A stretch of DNA of 64,000 nucleotides from Flavobacteriales bacterium. GTDB taxonomy: Bacteria; Bacteroidota; Bacteroidia; Flavobacteriales_D; Sanyastnellaceae. Positions 8,365-17,064 of this stretch are shown here, in pieces. The notes under the pieces are model-generated. The model searched no databases. It saw only the letters and a list, made by a program, of their open reading frames with translations, and was not told the origin of the DNA. Position 1 is the stretch's first letter; each line of letters starts with the position of its first letter. Location: positions 24,127 to 88,126 of the forward strand of contig JBGCDA010000064.1 in the NCBI GenBank assembly GCA_045104985.1, given 5' to 3'. Both the position numbers and the translations under genes were made by a program.

Positions 8365-11316
8365 ATGCAAGGCTTTACTGGACATAAAATTCTACTACTT
8401 ACCATTGGCATCTTACTGAGTACTTTTCTATGGGCTCAGGATGACTTCTATATACACGGAACGGTTAAACAAGAATCCACTAATCAAAAGATGGATAATG
8501 TAGAGGTTCAAGTGTTTCAGGATGGGAAATTACTAGATAGCTATGCTACTTCAGGTAATTCTAAATATGAATTCCAAGTTTCTTTAGGTCACTTATATCT
8601 GTTTAAATTCAGTAAATCTGGATTTGTAAATAAGAGTGTGGAGGTAAACACAAAAAATATTCCTGAAGAAGATCAAGAAGGAGGTTTTAAGCTGAATATG
8701 GATATGACCCTCTTTGAATATGTAGAAGGTTTTAATGAAAGTATTATGGATGAACCTCTAGGTAAAGCAGGTTATGACGTAAATATGAATGACATCACTT
8801 TTAACTTGGGGCATACTACCCAAATGAAAAATAAGATAACTGCTGAAAGAGAGCGATTAGAAAATGCAGGTGCTTTAGAAGCTGAAAATAGAAAAAAGTA
8901 TGAAGATCTTATGATCCAGGGAAGTGATAATATGACCAAAGAGAAGTATGAAGGAGCCATAGGAAGTTATGAGTCAGCACTTGCGCTTTTCCCAGATGAA
9001 ATTGAAGCTCAGAATAAACTGCAGGAGGCTAAGGATTTATTGGCGTTGCAAAACAAGGATAAGGAGCTAGAGGCACAATACCAAGCACTTTTAAAGGAGG
9101 GTGAAAGCCTAATGAAAGGAAAGTCGTATGAAGATTCTAAGTCCAAATATGAAGAGGCTTCCTCACTAAAGCCAGATCAGAGCGAGCCTAAAGATAAAAT
9201 CAGAGAACTAGAAGAACTTATAGACGCTGCTGGAAACCAAGCCCAATTTGACGAATTTATGGCTGCTGGAGATGCGGATATGAGCACAGAAGAATACCAA
9301 TCAGCAGTAGATAATTACATGTCTGCCAGAGACATCATTCCTTCTGATAAAGGAGTTCAAAAGAAACTCACAGAAGCACAAGAAAAGCTGGCAGCATTAT
9401 TAGCGGCTGCAGATGCTGAGGCAGCTAAGGAAAAGAGATATAATGATTTAATAGATCAGGCTAACGCTTCCTTTGAAGCAGAAGACTACTCTTTATCTAT
9501 AAACCAGTATAATTCTGCTCTAGAAATAAAGCCCGATGAGGAATATCCTCAGAAGCAGATAGATGAGGCTAATAAGCGCATTAAAGATCTAGCAGCAGCT
9601 GCAGAAACAGATGCTGCCAATGCTGAACAAGCAGCCATAGATGCAGAGTATCAGGGGTTCATAGACATAGCTAATCAAGCGTTTACCCAGGAGGACTTTG
9701 ACAGAGCTAGAAGTAATTACCAAAGTGCTCTAGGAGTTAAGCCCACAGACCAATATGCTAAAAAAAGACTAGAGCGCATAGACGAGCTGGAAGCGGACGC
9801 TTTAACTTCGGCTGCCGAAAGTGAAGCCAATGCTGCACAAGCAGCTAAGGATGCTGAATACCAAGCATTCCTAAATAAAGCTAATGAGGCATTTACAAAT
9901 GACGATTTGACGTTTGCTAAATCTAATTATCAAGAGGCATTAGGCATAAAACCATCAGAAAAGTTCCCTAAGCAGAGAATAAAAAGAATTGAAGAAATTT
10001 TAGCAGAAAGAGATGCGGAGCTACTAGCAGATGACAAAGCTGCAGAAGAGGCTGCTGCTAAAGAAAGAGAGCTTTTAGCGGAGAGAGAAAGAAAGGCTGC
10101 CGAGAAAGCTGCTTCAGAGGAGGAAGAGAGATTGAGACTAGAAGGAGAGTTAGCAGAGAAAGAAAGACTAGCAGAGGAGGAGCGTAAACGAAAAGAAGAT
10201 GCTGATAAACGAAGAAATCTTACTAATAATATAGATGCTAACGCTGAGAAACAGGCTGAAGAGTTTTATCAGCAAATGAAAAAGACAGAAAACCAAGCCA
10301 GGTATGAATCACTTAATTCGAAGAAGGAAGAGTTAAAAAATGCCCTAACGGATAGTTCTACAGCAGCCGAAGATCAAGCTAAAGACGAAAATTCTCAGAT
10401 TAATACTGCTAAGAACGAGATGCAGAAGTTATACTCCGAGGGAGAAAATTATCAAAGAGATAAAAGAGAAAACTTCGATTCTGGTGATGAACGTATAAGA
10501 GCAGAAAATGAAGAAGTGAGATTGAATGCAGATGATAGAAGAAAGGCGGATGTGTTTAAGCTAGATGAGTTTAAGAAGAAAGACATCCAGGCTAAAGCAG
10601 ATGCCAATGGTAAAGCTGTAGATAGGAACGCAGAGAGCACTAGAAATGCTATGAAAGAAGTGTCTAAAGCTCAAAAAGGCTATAATGACACAGGGGAAGT
10701 TCTGAGAAAAGATAACGCCTATAAAATAGACCGTGTAAAGTCAGATATAGCTGAAATGAAAGATGATGGCGAAGATGAGCGCCAGAAATCTGAAAAAGAA
10801 AATCAGAAAGCGAAAGATGAAAGAGCTAAGTTTATAAAAGAAAATACGGAGCTTAACGATGAAAAACTTGCTTCTAACCTAGGGAAAATAGATAATGCCA
10901 AAGATGTAGCCAGTAATCTGGTAAATGAAACTGATAATCAGAAGTCAGGAAATTACGATGAAGTAGAATACCAGAAGGAAAAACGTGCAGAGATGCTAAC
11001 TTCTAATGATGAAAAAACCTTATTGCAAAGCAAAATTAACAGAGAAGAAGCATTTAATCTCAAAAAAGGTGAGCCTAAAAACTATGACGATTACATAGTT
11101 CCTAAAGGAAAAGAGGAATTAGCGGAAGGAGTAACAGAGAGAAGCTATGAAATCAATGAAGGTAGGAAGCTAGTAATAGAACGAACTGTTAAGATTGGAA
11201 ATAAGGTAGACACATTCCTTAAAGTAATTGACAAGAACGCCACTTATTACTTTAAGAATAATAGAAGCATAACTAAGAGCAGCTGGGACAGAGAAACCCT
11301 CTATGCACAAGACTAA
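8365..11316 (+). CDS. Large envelope protein with a signal peptide, a CarboxypepD_reg-like N domain, about 7 TPR-like repeats and a long charged coiled-coil region
   Basis: Signal peptide LLLTIGILLSTFLWAQ. Repeated Y..A...Y..AL.IKP.E.YP..I units. About 330 aa of K/E/D/A-rich low-complexity sequence. Confidence 0.7.
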   Translation: MQGFTGHKILLLTIGILLSTFLWAQDDFYIHGTVKQESTNQKMDNVEVQVFQDGKLLDSYATSGNSKYEFQVSLGHLYLFKFSKSGFVNKSVEVNTKNIPEEDQEGGFKLNMDMTLFEYVEGFNESIMDEPLGKAGYDVNMNDITFNLGHTTQMKNKITAERERLENAGALEAENRKKYEDLMIQGSDNMTKEKYEGAIGSYESALALFPDEIEAQNKLQEAKDLLALQNKDKELEAQYQALLKEGESLMKGKSYEDSKSKYEEASSLKPDQSEPKDKIRELEELIDAAGNQAQFDEFMAAGDADMSTEEYQSAVDNYMSARDIIPSDKGVQKKLTEAQEKLAALLAAADAEAAKEKRYNDLIDQANASFEAEDYSLSINQYNSALEIKPDEEYPQKQIDEANKRIKDLAAAAETDAANAEQAAIDAEYQGFIDIANQAFTQEDFDRARSNYQSALGVKPTDQYAKKRLERIDELEADALTSAAESEANAAQAAKDAEYQAFLNKANEAFTNDDLTFAKSNYQEALGIKPSEKFPKQRIKRIEEILAERDAELLADDKAAEEAAAKERELLAERERKAAEKAASEEEERLRLEGELAEKERLAEEERKRKEDADKRRNLTNNIDANAEKQAEEFYQQMKKTENQARYESLNSKKEELKNALTDSSTAAEDQAKDENSQINTAKNEMQKLYSEGENYQRDKRENFDSGDERIRAENEEVRLNADDRRKADVFKLDEFKKKDIQAKADANGKAVDRNAESTRNAMKEVSKAQKGYNDTGEVLRKDNAYKIDRVKSDIAEMKDDGEDERQKSEKENQKAKDERAKFIKENTELNDEKLASNLGKIDNAKDVASNLVNETDNQKSGNYDEVEYQKEKRAEMLTSNDEKTLLQSKINREEAFNLKKGEPKNYDDYIVPKGKEELAEGVTERSYEINEGRKLVIERTVKIGNKVDTFLKVIDKNATYYFKNNRSITKSSWDRETLYAQD

Positions 11317-11876
11317 TCTTTCATCTTTTTTATAGAGGCATTCATCAGCTCTGAAAGTAATTTAGCATCTTTCTTTTGAAGCTGCATCCCCAGTAAAAAG
11401 TATCTTCTAGGTGTTTTAAACCCTATGGTTTCTGCACCCATACTCCAGAAGTATGATTCCATACTTTTTTTAAATGATTTTTCTGTATAGCCTATAAGTC
11501 CGAATTCAGAGATGTCTTCTAGGTTGACCACCTTAGCTCGTCCTAACCCTGAGTAAGATTTTTTATAGGTTAGTTTTCCTTTAGAAATTTCCACATCTTC
11601 TGAGCCTATAATTCTCCAGAGTAATATTTGAATAGCTTTGAATAAGAGATAAGACCAAACCAAAAGGAAGCCCAGTATTACCGCTTTTTGCTCAGAGGAT
11701 TCAGATAGTAGAAAATGACTCAAATAGAAAAAGCCACAAGTGAGCCATAGAAGCACCCATGCTGCTATAAGAGCTTCTTGCCAAGGTTTTACCCTCTGAC
11801 TTATTTTAATGGAAGTCTGCTGTGGTGTTCTATTGAATTTTATGCGTTCTCCTATGGTTTTCAATTGAGCATTCAT
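11313..11876 (-). CDS. Membrane protein of unknown function
   Basis: Two predicted TM helices (LIAAWVLLWLTCGFFYL, VILGFLLVWSYLLF). Its stop overlaps the convergent gene by 4 nt. Confidence 0.5.
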   Translation of the reverse strand: MNAQLKTIGERIKFNRTPQQTSIKISQRVKPWQEALIAAWVLLWLTCGFFYLSHFLLSESSEQKAVILGFLLVWSYLLFKAIQILLWRIIGSEDVEISKGKLTYKKSYSGLGRAKVVNLEDISEFGLIGYTEKSFKKSMESYFWSMGAETIGFKTPRRYFLLGMQLQKKDAKLLSELMNASIKKMKD

Positions 11877-11975
11877 GCTATGGATATCTATATTGGAATT
11901 TTAGATCGTCAAAAGTAAGCACTCTCTCTAGGATAAAAAGTGTTTAATTTGTATTACCTAAAATCATCCTGCAAA

Positions 11976-13607
11976 ATGAAAAAACTACTGAGTATCCTAA
12001 TTATTTGTACCTGTGCTTACAACTGTACAGCGCAGATTTTCGTGAACGAAGTTATGGCTAGAAATAACTTTACCATAGCCGATGAATTTGGGGAGTTTGA
12101 TGATTGGATAGAAATATATAACCCTACCTCAGAAGCTGTAGATTTGGCAGGAGGCTATTTGACAGATGACTTAGGTGATTTAACAGCACACTTGATAGAG
12201 TCTGGCTCACCAGCGCTAACAACAGTTCCCGCTAATGGCTATCTCATTTTTTGGGCAGATAGTTCTCCAGAGCAGGGAGCTAATCACCTGAGTTTTTCGT
12301 TAAGCGCTGGAGGAGAATCGGTAGCCTTAGTCTTAGGAGATGGTGAGACAGTAGCCAATGCCATTCAGTTTCAGGATCAGGAAAACGATATATCTTTTGG
12401 AAGAGAAACAGATGGAGCCATAGCGTTGCAATACTTTTCTATACCTACCCCTAATGCCTCTAATGTAGATGTAACTCCAGACACTGAGCTCATTCATATA
12501 AATGAAGTGGTGTCAGAGAATACCTCTATCATATTTGATGAAACAGGCCAATACGAGCCTTGGATAGAACTCTATAACCCTAACGATTTTCAGGTAAATC
12601 TAGCTGGATATTCTATAGATTATAATAATGGAGAGTCTGTATATTTAATCGAAAACACAGACCCTAACACTACAGTAATAGAAGCTAATAACTACAAGCT
12701 GTTTTGGTGCGATGCACAGAGCATAGAAGGTCTGCTTCATACACCTTTTACTTTGGCATCTATTGGTACAATAGCTCTTATAGGCCCTGATGGTACTACT
12801 GTTCATGAAATCAGTTACACCAGCCCAGGTGAAGATAGTTCAGTAGGAAGTGAAGAGGATGGTTCGGATACCTACATCACGTTTGATATTCCTACTCCTA
12901 ATGTAACTAATCAGTTAGAGATAGTGTTTCCAGAAATACTATATATAAATGAGTTCATGGCCAGTAACCTCACAGACGTTACAGATAATGCTGGTGAGTA
13001 TGACGACTGGATAGAGATTTATAACCCTAACAGTTATCCCGTAGATCTTTCGGGGTATCATCTGAGCGATAATCTTGGAGGTGATTCTTGGGAAATCCCA
13101 TCTACCTACCCCGATTCAGTGACAGTGCCTGCGGAAGGGTTTCTAATGTTTTGGGCAGATAATGATGAGGAACAGGGAGTAAGACACACTAGTTTTAGAC
13201 TCACGTCTTCAGGAGAAGATGTTATACTTTATTCTACAGATAACTTCACCATGGCAGATTACATAGACTACCCACTCCAGAGTGAGGATGTGAGTTATGG
13301 CAGAGAGATAGACGGTGGAGAGCCTTGGGTATATTTTATTCCCGGAGAGACTACACCCGAAGCCTCTAATAGCGGTACAGATAACGTTACTGACACGTAT
13401 AGAGGTGAATTTAGCTTTTATCCAAATCCTGTCATTCATGAAGTGATATTTTCAGACCGAGTTTCTACGGCAGAGGTGTACACACTTTCAGGAGCACTAG
13501 TTATAAACGAGAAGAATACTAGAGGTTTGGATTTAAGTAGTTTAGAGTCAGGGGTTTATTTTATGACTCTAGATAGTGTTTATTCTCATTTGCTAGTAAA
13601 AGAGTAG
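11976..13607 (+). CDS. Secreted protein with three lamin-tail-like (LTD) domains and a T9SS type A C-terminal sorting domain (ORF-track GTG 11940 replaced by ATG 11976)
   Basis: Three copies of INE(V/F)M/V..N...DE.GE.DDWIE(I/L)YNP....V(D/N)L.GY.L.D. Signal peptide MKKLLSILIICTCAYNCTAQ. The C-terminus FYPNPV...GVYFMTL is typical of a T9SS CTD. Confidence 0.75.
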   Translation: MKKLLSILIICTCAYNCTAQIFVNEVMARNNFTIADEFGEFDDWIEIYNPTSEAVDLAGGYLTDDLGDLTAHLIESGSPALTTVPANGYLIFWADSSPEQGANHLSFSLSAGGESVALVLGDGETVANAIQFQDQENDISFGRETDGAIALQYFSIPTPNASNVDVTPDTELIHINEVVSENTSIIFDETGQYEPWIELYNPNDFQVNLAGYSIDYNNGESVYLIENTDPNTTVIEANNYKLFWCDAQSIEGLLHTPFTLASIGTIALIGPDGTTVHEISYTSPGEDSSVGSEEDGSDTYITFDIPTPNVTNQLEIVFPEILYINEFMASNLTDVTDNAGEYDDWIEIYNPNSYPVDLSGYHLSDNLGGDSWEIPSTYPDSVTVPAEGFLMFWADNDEEQGVRHTSFRLTSSGEDVILYSTDNFTMADYIDYPLQSEDVSYGREIDGGEPWVYFIPGETTPEASNSGTDNVTDTYRGEFSFYPNPVIHEVIFSDRVSTAEVYTLSGALVINEKNTRGLDLSSLESGVYFMTLDSVYSHLLVKE

Positions 13608-13672
13608 GTACATTGTGCAGCTTCTCTATTCCTGAAGAGATGTCAATTATTTGATGTACCTGGTTCGTTTTA

Positions 13673-13681
13673 GCGTTGCAA
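13673..13681 (-). repeat. GCGTTGCAA-family motif (GCGTTGCAA on + strand), intergenic
   Basis: Exact 9-mer 66 nt after the LTD gene stop. The context TAGCGTTGCAATACT is identical to the copy at 12421. Confidence 0.9.
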
Positions 13682-13839
13682 TACTGATTAAAATCTTAAT
13701 AGTGCTATAAATTTATTAAGAGTTAAGAAGTAGAATAATCTGAAAGTCGCTTTGGTTAAAGTCTCTAGCGCAAAAGAGCAGTTTAAAAAAGAGGCCTGAA
13801 TTAATGAAGCTGGAAGGTGTTAGTTAATAAGATAATCAG

Positions 13840-13847
13840 TACTTTTG
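13840..13847 (+). promoter_or_regulatory. Bacteroidota -7 box TACTTTTG upstream of rpsA
   Basis: Perfect TAnnTTTG about 100 nt upstream of the ATG. Confidence 0.45.
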
Positions 13848-13946
13848 CACCTCCTAAAAAATTAGGGAGCTGCAAGCGGTGCAGAATTCATTTTAACTTC
13901 TCTTAGATTCCCGCATTATCTAAGATACAATTACATAAGCCCAAAT

Positions 13947-16376
13947 ATGGCTGAAGAAAACAAAGAAGTAGAAAAGCAGGAAGAAACTGCTAATACTACT
14001 CAAGAATCTCAGAAAGCAGAAGCCTCTGCTGAAACTGCATCAAAAGCAGTAGAAGAAACCAAATCAGAAGTAGAAGAAGTGGCTGAAGAAGCTACTGAAA
14101 AAGTAACTGAAGCTGCGGCAGAAGTAACTGAAACTGCGGCAGAAGTAACTGAAACTGCGGAAGAAGTAGCCATGGAAGAAGCTCCAGCTGAAAAGCCTAA
14201 AATGGAAGCGGACGACACTGCTACTAAAATGATTGGTGAAGGTGATAACGTAACATTTGAATTTAACAAACCAGCAGAAGCTTTCGACTGGGATGCTACA
14301 GATGATTCAGTAGCAGCTTATTCTGAAGATGAGTTTAGTGATTTCGAAAACAAGTATTCAGAAACGCTTTCTGAACTTGTAGAAAAGTCTGTAACTACAG
14401 GGAGAGTTGTAGATATAGGTAAAAAAGAAATCGTTGTGAACATAGGTTCTAAATCTGAAGGTGTAGTTCAAGCATCAGAATTCAGATATAATCCTGATCT
14501 TAAGATCGGAGATGAGGTGCCGATTTTCGTAGAGCAGCAGGAAGACAGAAACGGACAGTTAGTAGTTTCTCATAAAACTGCCAGACTTCACAGCGCTTGG
14601 GATAGAATTAATACTGCACTAGACACTGGAGATATTCTTCAAGGTTTAGTTAAAAGTAGAACAAAAGGTGGTTTAATCGTAGACGTATTCGGTCTAGAGG
14701 CATTCTTACCTGGTTCTCAAATAGATGTTAAGCCTATTAGAGATTACGATATCTATGTAGGTAAGCAAATGGAATTCAAGGTGGTGAAAATTAATCACGA
14801 GTTTAAAAACGTGGTAGTTTCTCATAAAGCGCTTATAGAAGCTGAGCTTGAAGAACAAAAGAAACAAATTATAGGTGGTCTAGAAAAAGGTCAGGTACTA
14901 GAAGGTCAGGTGAAGAATATTACATCTTACGGTGTATTCATAGATCTAGGTGGTATAGATGGTCTTGTTCATATTACAGATTTAAGCTGGGGTAGAATTA
15001 ATCACCCAGAAGAGATTGTAGAATTAGATCAGAAATTAAACGTAGTAATTCTTGACTTTGATGATGATAAGAAGAGAATAGCACTAGGTTTAAAACAACT
15101 TTCTCCACATCCATGGGAGGCTCTAGATGAGAACCTTAATGTAGGAGATAAAGTAAAAGGAAAAGTAGTAGTTCTAGCTGATTATGGAGCATTCGTAGAA
15201 GTAGCTGCAGGAGTAGAAGGTTTAGTTCACGTAAGTGAAATGAGCTGGAGCCAGCACTTAAGAAGTGCTCAAGATTTCCTCAAAGTAGGGGATGAGGTAG
15301 AAACTGTGATTTTAACTTTAGATAGAGAAGAAAGAAAAATGTCTCTAGGAATTAAGCAATTAGTTCCAGATCCATGGGCAGATATAGAATCTAAATATCC
15401 TGTGGAAAGCAAGCACACTGCTAAAGTGAAAAACTTCACAAACTTCGGTGTATTCGTAGAGCTAGAAGAAGGCATAGATGGTTTAATTCATATTTCTGAT
15501 TTATCATGGTCTAAGAAGATCAAGCATCCATCAGAATTCTGTACAGTAGATCAGGAGCTAGACGTAGTAGTTTTAGAGCTAGATAAGGAGAACAGAAGAT
15601 TAAGCTTAGGACATAAGCAGTTAGAAGAAAATCCATGGGATGTATTCGAAACTGTATTCTCTAACGGGTCTTCTCATCAAGGAACAATTGTGAGAAAAGA
15701 AGGAAGCCAGTTCATAGTAGCTCTTCCTTATGGAGTAGAAGGTTATGCCACTGCTAAACAATTGAAGAAAGAAGATGGAAGCCAAGCTGAAATCGAAGAA
15801 ACTATAGATTTCGTAGTTACGGATTTCAATAAGAATGCTAAGAGAATAGCTGTTTCTCACGTGAGAACATACAGTGATGAAGAAGTTAAACCAGAAAGAA
15901 AAGGGAAACCATCTAACTCTGGAGGTAACAGAGGAACTTCAGCTGCTGTAGCTCGTGTTAATGATAAAGTAGAAAAAGCTACTCTAGGTGATTTAGGTGT
16001 TCTTTCTAGCTTAAAAGCTGAAATGGAAAGCGGTGCAGCTGCTGCCCCAGCTAAAAAAGAAGCTCCTAAGAAAGAAGCTCCTAAAGCTGAGAAAAAAGAA
16101 GAAGCGCCTAAGGCAGAGAAAAAAGCTGCTGGAGCAGATGACCTGAAGAAAATTGAGGGAATCGGTCCTAAAATAGCTTCTACTTTAGCTGAAGCTGGTG
16201 TAGACACTTATGCTAAGTTAGCAGATACTGCATCAGAGAAAATCTCAGAAATCATAGCAGAGGTTCGTGGAAACCACGTAACTGACACTTGGCCTGCACA
16301 AGCTAAAATGGCTGCTGAAGGTAAATGGGATGAGCTTAAAAAATGGCAAGATGAACTAGACGGTGGAAAAGCCTAA
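13947..16376 (+). CDS. rpsA: 30S ribosomal protein S1 with an acidic N-terminal extension and a C-terminal Lys/Ala/Pro-rich linker plus helix-hairpin-helix-like module
   Basis: Six S1/OB repeats (..GRVVDIGKKEIVVNIG.., ..GQVKNITSYGVFIDLGG.., ..GKVVVLADYGAFVEV.. and others). At 809 aa it is longer than the roughly 560-600 aa usual for S1. Confidence 0.9.
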   Translation: MAEENKEVEKQEETANTTQESQKAEASAETASKAVEETKSEVEEVAEEATEKVTEAAAEVTETAAEVTETAEEVAMEEAPAEKPKMEADDTATKMIGEGDNVTFEFNKPAEAFDWDATDDSVAAYSEDEFSDFENKYSETLSELVEKSVTTGRVVDIGKKEIVVNIGSKSEGVVQASEFRYNPDLKIGDEVPIFVEQQEDRNGQLVVSHKTARLHSAWDRINTALDTGDILQGLVKSRTKGGLIVDVFGLEAFLPGSQIDVKPIRDYDIYVGKQMEFKVVKINHEFKNVVVSHKALIEAELEEQKKQIIGGLEKGQVLEGQVKNITSYGVFIDLGGIDGLVHITDLSWGRINHPEEIVELDQKLNVVILDFDDDKKRIALGLKQLSPHPWEALDENLNVGDKVKGKVVVLADYGAFVEVAAGVEGLVHVSEMSWSQHLRSAQDFLKVGDEVETVILTLDREERKMSLGIKQLVPDPWADIESKYPVESKHTAKVKNFTNFGVFVELEEGIDGLIHISDLSWSKKIKHPSEFCTVDQELDVVVLELDKENRRLSLGHKQLEENPWDVFETVFSNGSSHQGTIVRKEGSQFIVALPYGVEGYATAKQLKKEDGSQAEIEETIDFVVTDFNKNAKRIAVSHVRTYSDEEVKPERKGKPSNSGGNRGTSAAVARVNDKVEKATLGDLGVLSSLKAEMESGAAAAPAKKEAPKKEAPKAEKKEEAPKAEKKAAGADDLKKIEGIGPKIASTLAEAGVDTYAKLADTASEKISEIIAEVRGNHVTDTWPAQAKMAAEGKWDELKKWQDELDGGKA
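14100..14168 (+). repeat. About 3.3 copies of a 21-bp in-frame repeat in the rpsA N-terminal extension
   Basis: GAAGTAACTGAAACTGCGGCA repeated; encodes (E/K)VTE(A/T)AA units. Confidence 0.8.
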
Positions 16377-16397
16377 GTTCTAATTAGAATATGTTTA

Positions 16398-16438
16398 AAA
16401 TCCTGTTTAGCACATGCTAAACGGGATTTTTTTTACAC
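16398..16438 (+). terminator. rpsA intrinsic terminator
   Basis: 13-bp stem AATCCTGTTTAGC/GCTAAACGGGATT (one G-U) followed by T8. Confidence 0.85.
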
Positions 16439-16460
16439 CAGAAATTCTGTTCATTTTCTA

Positions 16461-16476
16461 TAGCGTTGCAACGCTA
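16461..16476. repeat. 16-bp perfect palindrome TAGCGTTGCAACGCTA, intergenic
   Basis: Lies between the rpsA terminator and pyrR, 36 nt before the pyrR ATG. Confidence 0.9.
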
Positions 16477-16494
16477 GACCAGCTCTAAGTCAAT

Positions 16495-16502
16495 TATATT
16501 TG
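16495..16502 (+). promoter_or_regulatory. -7 box TATATTTG upstream of pyrR
   Basis: Perfect TAnnTTTG 10 nt before ATG 16513 (very short leader). Confidence 0.45.
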
Positions 16503-16512
16503 TACCTCAGAT

Positions 16513-17064
16513 ATGAAACCACAAATTTTATTAGACAACACCCTATTTAACCTAGTTCTGAATAGGTTATGCTATGAGCTTATAGAGCAGCATGACGATT
16601 TTGAGAATACAGTACTGATAGGTATTCAGCCTAGAGGGGTGTTTTTTGCAAGGCAAATAATAAATAGATTAAAAGAGATAGCTCCTAAATCTAATTTAGA
16701 GTATGGCGAATTAGATATTACCTTCTACAGAGATGATTTTAGACGCAGAGAAGGTGGCCATTTAATGGCCAATATGACAAAAATTGATTTTCTTATAGAA
16801 GGTAAAAAAGTGGTTTTAGTAGATGATGTGTTATTCACTGGCAGAACTATACGTTCAGCTTTCGATGCACTTTTAGCATTCGGAAGGCCAGAAACCATAG
16901 AGCTCCTAGTGCTCATAGAGAGACGATTTTCAAAGCAAGTTCCTGTAGATGCATTTTATATAGGAAAGTCTATAGACAGTATAGCCAGCCAAAGAGTTTT
17001 AGTAAAGTGGTTAGAAAACGGTGCCCCGGATAAAGTAATTCTTCATAATTCAGATAATGACTAA
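16513..17064 (+). CDS. pyrR: Bifunctional pyr operon regulator / uracil phosphoribosyltransferase PyrR
   Basis: PRPP-binding motif VVLVDDVLFTGRTIRSA; overlaps pyrB by 8 nt. Confidence 0.9.
   Translation: MKPQILLDNTLFNLVLNRLCYELIEQHDDFENTVLIGIQPRGVFFARQIINRLKEIAPKSNLEYGELDITFYRDDFRRREGGHLMANMTKIDFLIEGKKVVLVDDVLFTGRTIRSAFDALLAFGRPETIELLVLIERRFSKQVPVDAFYIGKSIDSIASQRVLVKWLENGAPDKVILHNSDND

Noticed and set aside
14009-16207. Minus-strand ORFs 14009-14269, 15269-15475, 15621-15860 and 15857-16207 inside rpsA.
   Set aside because: They are antisense to an unambiguous S1 gene. They consist of low-complexity Ala/Ser-rich translations of GAA/GCT-rich coding sequence.
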